The notes under the pieces are model-generated. The model saw nothing but the letters and a program-made list of their open reading frames with translations. It was not told the DNA's origin and searched no databases. From contig CAZPQW010000004.1 in assembly GCA_964588985.1 (NCBI GenBank), positions 64,001-128,000 of the forward strand: DNA of 64,000 bases. The letters are read 5' to 3'. The first letter of the stretch is position 1. The number at the start of each line of letters is the position of its first letter. This DNA comes from an uncultured Solirubrobacteraceae bacterium (GTDB lineage Bacteria; Actinomycetota; Thermoleophilia; Solirubrobacterales; Solirubrobacteraceae). The position numbers and the translations under genes were made by a program. Below are positions 42,660 through 50,359 of the stretch, in pieces.

Positions 42660-43784
42660 GTGAGGCGGATCAAGATGGGTGTGATTGTGGGCGCGGTGCT
42701 CTTGCTGTGCGCAGTCGCGGCGGCGCATGCGGCGAGCAGCGTCGTCCTCTGCTCCGGGAAAGGCGGTGCGCTGCACGCCGCTGGTAAGTCCGGCAAGTGC
42801 GCTCACGGTCAGCACGAGCTGACGCTCGCCAGTGCCGGTGCTCTCAGCGCCGCGCAGCACGAAGTCAAATCGCTGCGCGAAACCGTGGCCTCCCAGCAGA
42901 GCACCATCACCACCCTTCAGTCGCAGGTGAGCTCGCAGCAGGGAGGTGTCGGCTCGCTTCAGAGCACGGTCAATGGGCTCAGTAACACGCTCGCAGGCGT
43001 CTCGCGGATCGGCAGCACGCTGCGGTTGACCGGCCTGAACCTGCAGATCGTCAGTGGCTCGGGGAGCACGGCCGGGACGGTCAACGGCCTCGGCAACGTG
43101 ATCATCGGCTACGACGAGAAACCCGGTACACAGACCGGCTCTCACAACCTCGTGCTCGGCGACCAGCAGGCGTTCACGTCATATGGAGGGTTGATCGCGG
43201 GGCAGGCCGACTCGCTGGGCGCTCCGTTTGCGGTCGTCCTCGGCGATCACAACACCGCTGGCGGGGAATTCGCTGCGGTCACGGGAGGGGAACAGAACGA
43301 AGCACAGGGCATGGCTTCCTCCGTAGGTGGCGGGAACTTCAACCTGGCGTCCGGCACGTTCTCGAGCGTGGTTGGCGGGTGTGAGAACCTGGCCGGGAGC
43401 GGCAGCTCTCTGTCGGGAAGCTGCTCCACGGGAGCGCAGGCGGTCCTCGGCGGGTTCGAGAACACCGCCTCGGGCCTCGAGTCGACGGTGAGCGGAGGCG
43501 AGGTGGACACTGCCTCCGGTGGCGCCGCGGCGGTTGGCGGCGGGCAGTTCAACACAGCCAGCGGGGGCGGAGCGTCGGTCGCCGGTGGTGACGACAACTC
43601 CACAAGTGGCTCGTTTGCCTCGATTCTCGGTGGCTTCGACAACTCCGCGACGACTTTCGATGCGACCGCGGTCGGCGGTGAGTCGAACACCGCATCGGGT
43701 ACAGGATCCGCGATCCTCGGCGGCGACGGCAATACCGCATCTGCCAACTGCCAGGCAGTCCCAGCGGCGTCCGGTACCTGCTAG
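42660..43784 (+). CDS. Secreted coiled-coil plus Gly/Asn-repeat (beta-solenoid) adhesin-like protein
   Basis: GGAGG RBS, signal peptide, heptad coil, then repeated ~14-aa units (S/A)V(S/L/G)GGxxNxA(S)G. Confidence 0.75.
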   Translation: MRRIKMGVIVGAVLLLCAVAAAHAASSVVLCSGKGGALHAAGKSGKCAHGQHELTLASAGALSAAQHEVKSLRETVASQQSTITTLQSQVSSQQGGVGSLQSTVNGLSNTLAGVSRIGSTLRLTGLNLQIVSGSGSTAGTVNGLGNVIIGYDEKPGTQTGSHNLVLGDQQAFTSYGGLIAGQADSLGAPFAVVLGDHNTAGGEFAAVTGGEQNEAQGMASSVGGGNFNLASGTFSSVVGGCENLAGSGSSLSGSCSTGAQAVLGGFENTASGLESTVSGGEVDTASGGAAAVGGGQFNTASGGGASVAGGDDNSTSGSFASILGGFDNSATTFDATAVGGESNTASGTGSAILGGDGNTASANCQAVPAASGTC

Positions 43785-43856
43785 CCCCACCTCCGGAGTG
43801 ACGATGCCGGCGCTCCACGATGGGCGTCGGCCACACGCGCACGGGTCCGAAAGGGT

Positions 43857-44132
43857 CTAGCGCGCGGGACTGACGGCGAACCAGTCGAGCTTGAGCTCAG
43901 GCGTTCGCTCGCAGATCTCCGCGACTGCGCCGAGCACCTCGCGACGGCCGATGTCGACGCGTTCGTCCTGTGTCACGGCCACCGGGAGGTCCCGGTCGAG
44001 GATCGCTGTTACATTCGGGCCAACGCGCGCGAACCGCACGTCCTCGCAGCGGTTGCCCATCCGCATGGTCAGCAGGTCTAGGGCATCCTCCGGAGGCGAT
44101 CCGCTCGCGTGTCTGGTGATGCGAAACCTCAT
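43857..44132 (-). CDS. Hypothetical protein
   Basis: 91-aa ORF with plausible composition filling the gap. Confidence 0.5.
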   Translation of the reverse strand: MRFRITRHASGSPPEDALDLLTMRMGNRCEDVRFARVGPNVTAILDRDLPVAVTQDERVDIGRREVLGAVAEICERTPELKLDWFAVSPAR

Positions 44133-44282
44133 GAGAGAAACGTAGCGCTCCTACAGGTCATGCGCAAGGGTGTTGGTGAGCCCTTGTGATGAATAGGTGG
44201 TTTTGTGAAAGTGTGAGTAGCTGCGACGAGGTTTGTACACCTTGCGAGCACGGCACGACAGTCAAGTCCGCCTGCCCTGGCT

Positions 44283-44687
44283 CTAGGTGTCTGACCGCAG
44301 CTGCTCCGCATAGCCGCGGGTCGCGACCGCGACGGTGCACGGAGCCCCGTTCAGGGCAGCACGCGTGTCGTCGCCCAGGAGCGCCCGCCCGAGCACCCCG
44401 TGGCTGCAGGAGCCGACCACGAGCAGATCCGCACTGATGTCTTGCGCCTGCTGGTGAAGCCCAGACCCCGGGCTCGTCGAGGCGACGCTGACAAGCTCCG
44501 CGTCGACGGCGGCCATGGTGCGCTCCTCTTCCAGGAGCTCGTGTGAGATCCCGCGCTCGGTCGCCTCGTCGCGGTGCACGTGGACCAGCGTGAGCTTGCC
44601 GTCGGGATCGATGAGCTGAGAGGCGAGCGCGATGGCGTCGCGTCCGTTGGTCCTGCCGTCCACACCCACGAGCACGTTCTGGAACAT
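44283..44687 (-). CDS. Universal stress protein (single domain, possibly truncated)
   Basis: GGAGGAG RBS, MFQNVLVGVDG, ADLLVVGSCSHGVLGRALLG, APCTVAV. Confidence 0.8.
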   Translation of the reverse strand: MFQNVLVGVDGRTNGRDAIALASQLIDPDGKLTLVHVHRDEATERGISHELLEEERTMAAVDAELVSVASTSPGSGLHQQAQDISADLLVVGSCSHGVLGRALLGDDTRAALNGAPCTVAVATRGYAEQLRSDT

Positions 44688-44721
44688 CACAATCTCCTCC
44701 GGTTTCTCATTCGGCGCGTCG

Positions 44722-45510
44722 CTACCGCGCGCTCCTGGCTGGTTCCTCGGCGGCTTCCCGTCGAGGTGAATAGGGAAGTGCCCCACGGGGGGCACGGTCC
44801 TGCGCGCCGGCCGCCTGCTGGCCGGAGGCCGTGACGAGGAAGAACCCGATCAGCGCCAGCCACAGCCCGCCGGCGGCACCGGCCGTGAACTCCAGCGCCC
44901 CGAGGAAGATCATCAGGTAGCCGAAGCCGCGCCCGACGCTCGCGGCGGTCTGTGTAGCTGGACCGATGTCGCCGCTGCGACGCCACAGCAGCGAGCGCAG
45001 CACGCGGCCGCCGTCGAGCGGGAACGCTGGCAGCAGGTTGAAAACGAAGATCATCCCGTTGACGAGCACCTGGTATTCGACGAGCGCTCGAAGCATCGCG
45101 GGGGTCGAGGCGGGCAGTGCAACCAGGACGACGCCGAAGATCGAGGCGATCGCGGCTGTGACGGCGGGACCGGCAAGCGCATAGCGCAGCTCGTCGCCGG
45201 GGTCGTGGGCCTCTCCGCGCATGCGCGAGACGCCGCCGAGTAGCCACAGGTCGATCCCCTCCACTTCGATGCCGTGCCTGCGCGCGACGATCGCGTGGCC
45301 GAACTCGTGGGCGAGGATGCTCGCGAACAGCAGCAGCGCGCTCGCGAGGCCCAGCGCGTAGGACGCCGCGGGGCTGATGCCGTTCACCACTTCCGGGAAG
45401 TACGAGTCCCCCAGCGACCACGTGATCAACGCGACGATCACGAGCCACCACGGGCTCACCCCGATCGGTATCCCGGCGATACGCGCTATGCGAAGACTGC
45501 GACCAGGCAC
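44722..45510 (-). CDS. Site-2 protease (M50), apparently lacking CBS domains
   Basis: HEFGH, LLGGVS, ALAGP, FNLLPAFPLDGGR; low-quality tail after QQAAGAQ. Confidence 0.8.
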   Translation of the reverse strand: MPGRSLRIARIAGIPIGVSPWWLVIVALITWSLGDSYFPEVVNGISPAASYALGLASALLLFASILAHEFGHAIVARRHGIEVEGIDLWLLGGVSRMRGEAHDPGDELRYALAGPAVTAAIASIFGVVLVALPASTPAMLRALVEYQVLVNGMIFVFNLLPAFPLDGGRVLRSLLWRRSGDIGPATQTAASVGRGFGYLMIFLGALEFTAGAAGGLWLALIGFFLVTASGQQAAGAQDRAPRGALPYSPRREAAEEPARSAR

Positions 45511-45639
45511 CCATCCACCGTAGACACGGCGAGCGTCCCGTTCATCAGTGCCTTTCACCTTGGCGATGCGTAGAAAACCCGCGTGAAGATCGAGGACTTG
45601 TCTCGAATTTCCGGGCTGCGACGGTGGTACGGTGAACGC

Positions 45640-45960
45640 ATGATCATCTCGACGATGAACGACCTGCCCGGCTATGAGATCGAGGAGGTCTACGGAGAGG
45701 TCTTCGGCCTCACGGTGCGCTCGCGCAACCTCGGCTCCCAGATCGGCGCGAGCCTGAAGTCGCTGGTCGGCGGCGAGCTGAAGGGGATGACGAAGATGCT
45801 CGCCGCGGGTCGCCAGGACGCGACCGAACGGTTGGTGGAGGAGGCGGGGGCGAAAGGCGCCAACGCGATCATCGCGTTTCGCTTCGACACCTCAGAGCTG
45901 GGCTCGGTGTGGACGGAGATCTGCGCTTACGGAACGGCGGTCAGGGCGCGCAAGCTCTGA
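45640..45960 (+). CDS. YbjQ/UPF0145 family protein
   Basis: MIISTMNDLPGYEI..GEVFGLTVRSRN..GGELKG..GANAII..AYGTAV. Confidence 0.9.
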   Translation: MIISTMNDLPGYEIEEVYGEVFGLTVRSRNLGSQIGASLKSLVGGELKGMTKMLAAGRQDATERLVEEAGAKGANAIIAFRFDTSELGSVWTEICAYGTAVRARKL

Positions 45961-45985
45961 CGGTCGCCGTGTCAGACTTCTGGGG

Positions 45986-47131
45986 GTGAGCACGCCGATC
46001 GACGGGCACTGCGCCCCCGAGTTCGCGCGGGTCCGGGAGGCGTTCGAGGCGAACTTCGCCGAGCGAGGCGAGCTCGGCGCGGCCGTGCACGTGATCGTCG
46101 CGGGCGAGACCGTCGTTGACCTGGTGGGCGGATGGGCCGACGAGGCTCGCACCCAGCCGTGGCGCCACGACACGATCGTGGGGGTCTACTCGGTCGGAAA
46201 GGCGATCCTCGCCCTGCTTGCGCTGCGGCTCGTCGAGGAGGGACGGCTCGCACTCGATCAGCCCGTCGCCGAGGTGTGGCCCGAGTTCGCCGTCGGCGGC
46301 AAGACAGGGGCCACGGTCGCGCACGCGCTCAGCCACCGCGCGGGCGTCCCCGCGATCCGCGAGACGCTCACCGACGAGGACCTGTTCGACTGGGAGCGGA
46401 TGGCCGGCGCGGTCGCGGCGACCGACGCGTGGTGGGCGCCGGGAGAGCGGGTGGTGTACCACACCAACACGTTTGGCCATCTCATCGGGGAGCTGATCCA
46501 TCGTGCGAGCGGCCAGATGCCGGGTGAGCGACTGCGAGCGATCGCCGAGCCGCTCGATGCGGACGTGTGGTTCGGTGTGCCGGTAGCTCAGCAGGACCGC
46601 TGCGCGGACGTGGTGTGGGCGCCTGCACAGCCGATGCCGACGATCGGCGCGTTCGACGCGCTCGAGGGCGATCTCCTGATGAACGCGCTGGCCCACTTCA
46701 ACCCGCCCGGCTACTCGTCGGTCGGCCTGGTCAACACGCCGGCGTGGCGCTCGTCGCAGATCGGCTCGACGAGCGGACACGCGTCGGCCTCTGGCATCGC
46801 ACGGATCTACGCCGCGCTGCTCGATCCCGGCCGTCTGCTCTCGCCCGAGCTGCTCGCCCACGCCACCGCCCCACGCGCCACCGGGCACTGTCCGATCCTC
46901 GGCGAGGAGGTCGCGTTCGGTCTCGGGTTCCAGCGCACCACCGCGCGCCGGCCGCTCGGGCCCAATGGCCGGAGCTTCGGCCACTTCGGCACCGGCGGCG
47001 CGCTCGGCTTCGCCGACCCCGATGCAGGCGTGGCGTTCGGCTACGCGATGAACCACGTCATTCCCCGCTGGCAGAGCACGCTCAACCGCACGCTCGTCGA
47101 CGCCGTGTACGCCTCGCTCGCGGCCCGCTGA
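45986..47131 (+). CDS. Serine hydrolase (class C beta-lactamase/esterase family)
   Basis: SVGK (SxxK), LSHRAG, YHTNTFG, FGHFGTGG..FADP. Confidence 0.88.
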   Translation: MSTPIDGHCAPEFARVREAFEANFAERGELGAAVHVIVAGETVVDLVGGWADEARTQPWRHDTIVGVYSVGKAILALLALRLVEEGRLALDQPVAEVWPEFAVGGKTGATVAHALSHRAGVPAIRETLTDEDLFDWERMAGAVAATDAWWAPGERVVYHTNTFGHLIGELIHRASGQMPGERLRAIAEPLDADVWFGVPVAQQDRCADVVWAPAQPMPTIGAFDALEGDLLMNALAHFNPPGYSSVGLVNTPAWRSSQIGSTSGHASASGIARIYAALLDPGRLLSPELLAHATAPRATGHCPILGEEVAFGLGFQRTTARRPLGPNGRSFGHFGTGGALGFADPDAGVAFGYAMNHVIPRWQSTLNRTLVDAVYASLAAR

Positions 47132-47210
47132 GCACATTTCTGCGGAAAATCCGGGGTGATCTTCTCGGGGGGTCTTGCGCGCCGGAGGAGCCGCTTGTTA
47201 GGTTGCATCC

Positions 47211-47330
47211 AGACGCGGAACCGAGCCGCAAAGAGCGAGGCCACCGAGGTGTGAGGCCGTGCCACCCAACCGATCGAGCCGCAAGGCGAGAGCGCGAGGG
47301 TTCCTCAAACGGCACGGGACCGCGTCTATT
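47211..47330 (+). ncRNA. Putative structured small RNA of unknown family
   Basis: TTGCGC-N18-TAGGTT promoter; closing stem AGACGCGG/CCGCGTCT; inner stem CCGTGCC/GGCACGG; two tandem-GA hairpins; ends in ATTT. Confidence 0.6.
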
Positions 47331-47348
47331 TCGTTAAGTTGACTCCGC

Positions 47349-48086
47349 ATGACCTCGCGGACTCATCGACATCGCGCCGCAGGTCTCGTGTTCCTGCTCG
47401 TGCTCGTGGTGGGAGCGTCCGCGATCGCCGACGTGCGCGGTGGCTCCTCGGGCGCTCGGGTGAGCGCAAGCGTCGGCAAGTCTCGTACCACGGCGGTACG
47501 AGCGGAGGTATCGCATCGCGTGAGGCGCGCTCACGCTCATCAGGCGGGACCGTCTCCCGGCTCGCTGCCTCAGACTCACGCGTATCCGTCCGGTAGCAGC
47601 GCGCAGTTCAAGTCGCTGATGGCGTCTCTGTGGGCCGGCATCTCCACGGGCTCGGTGGCTCCCGCGCTGAGGGCCTTCTTCCCGAGGGGCGCGTACGCTC
47701 AGCTGAAGGCGATTCCGTCGGCGAGCTCGGACTGGACCAACCGGCTCGTTCACGACTACGGCCTGGACATCGCCGTGGCTCACAAGCTGCTCGGCCGCGA
47801 CGCCGCGAACGCCCAGCTCGTCAAGGTCAACGTGCAGTCCCGCTACGGCCACTGGGTTCCACCTGGCGTTTGTTACAACAGCATCGGCTACTACGAGATG
47901 CCCAACGCGCGCGTCGTCTACCGCGAGGCTGGCCATACCCGCTCGTTTGGCATCGCGTCGATGATCTCCTGGCGAGGGGTCTGGTACGTCGTCCACCTCG
48001 GCGCGATCCTCCGGTCGACCGATTCGGGAAGAGTGGACGAACCGGCGTCTGGAGCCGGCGTTTCGGTGTACTCGGGAACCTGTTAG
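47349..48086 (+). CDS. Hypothetical exported protein
   Basis: N-terminal hydrophobic helix, linker, globular domain (FFPRGAYAQLK..WVPPGVCYNSIGY..SMISWRGVWYVVHLG); TAAGTT 8 nt before ATG. Confidence 0.7.
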   Translation: MTSRTHRHRAAGLVFLLVLVVGASAIADVRGGSSGARVSASVGKSRTTAVRAEVSHRVRRAHAHQAGPSPGSLPQTHAYPSGSSAQFKSLMASLWAGISTGSVAPALRAFFPRGAYAQLKAIPSASSDWTNRLVHDYGLDIAVAHKLLGRDAANAQLVKVNVQSRYGHWVPPGVCYNSIGYYEMPNARVVYREAGHTRSFGIASMISWRGVWYVVHLGAILRSTDSGRVDEPASGAGVSVYSGTC

Positions 48087-48090
48087 CGCG

Positions 48091-49182
48091 TCACGCGAGA
48101 GCAGCAACCCGCTCCACCGTGGCGATCGGCGAGGTTGCGCTCGTGCCCTGCAGCACGACCTTGAGGGCGCCGGTGTTGGCGGCGTCGGCGAACGTGTCGT
48201 ACGCGGACATCGTGTCGCCGAGCGCGAAGCGGTGTGTGGCGAACAACGATGGGTCGAGGCGACCGCTCGAGATCAGCCGCATCAGCTGCGGGATGCTGAA
48301 CGTGTCGACGAGCCCAGTGGTGATGGTGACGTCGCGGATCCACAGCTTCTCCAGATGCAGGGTCGCTGACTGGCCGTGCAGGCCGATGTTCGCGACCCGC
48401 CCGCCCGGACGGATCAGCTCCGTGGCCAGCTCGAAGGTCTGCGGCACGCCGACAGCCTCGAAGGCGGCGTCGGCACCGAGACCGTCTGTCATCTCCATGA
48501 CCAACGCCACGGGGTCTTCGCTGCTGTTGTTGATCGTGATGTCAGCGCCGAACCTGCGAGCACTCTCCAGCCGGCTGTCGGCGAGATCGATCGCGACGAT
48601 CCTTCCGGGTGTGTAGAGCTTGGCGGTGAGGATCGCCGCGAGGCCGATCGGACCGGCGCCGACGATCGCGACCACATCTCCCGGTGAGACCATGCCGTTG
48701 AGCACGCCGACCTCGTAGGAGGTGGGGAGGATGTCGGCGAGGAACAGCACCTGCTCGTCGGTGAGCTGTGCGGGAACCTTGTAGACGGAGTTGTCGGCGA
48801 ACGGCACGCGCGCGTATTCCGCCTGCAGGCCGTCGATCAGATGGCCGAAGATCCAGCCTCCTCCGCCGAGGCACTGGCCGTAGCGGCCCTCCTTGCAGTA
48901 GCGGCAGCGCCCGCAGGAGCTTACGCACGACATCAGCACCCGGTCGCCTGGGACGACCGTGCTCACGCCGGCTCCCACCTCCTGCACCGTTCCCACGGCC
49001 TCGTGTCCGAGCACCGTGCCGGGCGTCGTCTCGGGGACGTTGCCTTTGAGGATGTGCAGATCGGTGCCGCAGATCGTCGAGGTGTCGATCCGCACGATCG
49101 CATCCGTGGGGTCGAGGATCGTGGGGTCGGCAATGGTGTCCCAGCCTCGTTCGCCGGGGCCGTGGTAGACGAGAGCCTTCAT
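48091..49182 (-). CDS. Zinc-dependent alcohol dehydrogenase
   Basis: ICGTDLH, GHEAVG, CGRCRYC..C, LADILPT, GAGPIG. Confidence 0.93.
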   Translation of the reverse strand: MKALVYHGPGERGWDTIADPTILDPTDAIVRIDTSTICGTDLHILKGNVPETTPGTVLGHEAVGTVQEVGAGVSTVVPGDRVLMSCVSSCGRCRYCKEGRYGQCLGGGGWIFGHLIDGLQAEYARVPFADNSVYKVPAQLTDEQVLFLADILPTSYEVGVLNGMVSPGDVVAIVGAGPIGLAAILTAKLYTPGRIVAIDLADSRLESARRFGADITINNSSEDPVALVMEMTDGLGADAAFEAVGVPQTFELATELIRPGGRVANIGLHGQSATLHLEKLWIRDVTITTGLVDTFSIPQLMRLISSGRLDPSLFATHRFALGDTMSAYDTFADAANTGALKVVLQGTSATSPIATVERVAALA

Positions 49183-49303
49183 CTCCGTACCTGCCTTTGG
49201 GTCGAGTGCGACGAGTCAGATGTCGTACTGCAAGGTTGCTGCATGCAAGGCAGTCGGCGCATCGGGGACTCTCCTCAGGCCGGTGCGCGTTACTACGGAT
49301 CGG

Positions 49304-49873
49304 CTAGGTCGCGACCGGGGCGCGCTTCACCGCGGAGATCCTGAGTGAGATCCTGACCTTGTCGCCGAGCAGCACTCCGCCCGTGTCGAGCACCTGATTC
49401 CAGCTGAGGCCGAAGTCCTTGCGGCTGAGCGCTCCTCGTAACTCGAGCTCGATGCGCTCGCCTTCGCCGGTCTCGCGTGCCCCGCCGTCGAGCCGCGCAT
49501 CGAGCTCGATCTCACGGGTGACGCTACGCATCGTCAGGTCACCCACGATGCGCATGCGCCTGCTGTCGAGGTGGTCGATGCGGGTCGAGTCGAAGCTGAT
49601 CTCCGGATATCGCTCGGCGTCGAAGAAGTCGGCCGAGCGCCGCAGGTGCTCGTCGCGCACCGGCTCATTCGTGTCGATCGAGGCTGCCTTGACCGCTCCC
49701 GTCGCACGCGGCGGGTTTGATCCCATGTCGAGCGTCCCATCGAAATCGCGGAAGCGGCCACTCATGCTGGTGAGCATCATGTGCTTCACGGTGAACGTGA
49801 CGCTCGAGCGCGAGACGTCGATCGACCACCTGCCTGCCGGGACGGCGACGCTGGCTCCATCCGCTACGGACAT
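49304..49873 (-). CDS. YceI family protein
   Basis: WSIDVSRSSVTFTVKHMM, SIDTNEPVRDEHLR..DFFD, RKDFGL. Confidence 0.88.
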   Translation of the reverse strand: MSVADGASVAVPAGRWSIDVSRSSVTFTVKHMMLTSMSGRFRDFDGTLDMGSNPPRATGAVKAASIDTNEPVRDEHLRRSADFFDAERYPEISFDSTRIDHLDSRRMRIVGDLTMRSVTREIELDARLDGGARETGEGERIELELRGALSRKDFGLSWNQVLDTGGVLLGDKVRISLRISAVKRAPVAT

Positions 49874-49979
49874 TCGGAAGCTCCCCGATTGGTGACGATG
49901 CTAGGCACGCAGGCTCGCCTCTGCGCGGCGCGCGCGCATCGGTAGAAGACCCCATCGTCGGTCAGTGATTCGCACGGGA

Positions 49980-50339
49980 TCAGGCGGTGGCCTCCCGTGA
50001 CAGCACGTTCACATTCACGCCCTTCGACAGCACGTCAACATGCAGACCCTTGGACAGCACGTCCACGTTCACGCCCACGTTCACATCGACGCCCACGGCG
50101 CTGTGCACGATGCCGCGCAGGGCGTCGTACTCCATGTGCGCAAGGCGCTCGGTGATCGACAGGCCCGCTCCGAGCAGGGGCACGTTCTCCGCCGTCTCGA
50201 GGAACTTGCGGACTGTCTCGGTCGCGGTTCGCTGGCTCACCTTGGCCAGCTCCAACCACTGCTCAGGCAGGTCGATCCTCTCCTCAGTGGGTGTCTCCTC
50301 GACGAGGGTCTCGGACACAGCGGTCTTGGCGCTTGGCAT
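49980..50339 (-). CDS. Small protein with helical N-terminus and C-terminal 9-aa beta repeats
   Basis: AAAGGAAG RBS; tail VNVDVLSKG-LHVDVLSKG-VNVNVLSRE. Confidence 0.65.
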   Translation of the reverse strand: MPSAKTAVSETLVEETPTEERIDLPEQWLELAKVSQRTATETVRKFLETAENVPLLGAGLSITERLAHMEYDALRGIVHSAVGVDVNVGVNVDVLSKGLHVDVLSKGVNVNVLSREATA

Positions 50340-50359
50340 CTGAATCACTTCCTTTCGGG

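Noticed and set aside
45986-47131. Antibiotic-resistance beta-lactamase
   Set aside because: No signal peptide; motifs fit cytoplasmic family VIII esterases.
47211-47330. HDV-like or hammerhead ribozyme assignment for the structured RNA
   Set aside because: No CUGANGA/GAAA core, and the stem order does not fit the HDV nested double pseudoknot by eye.
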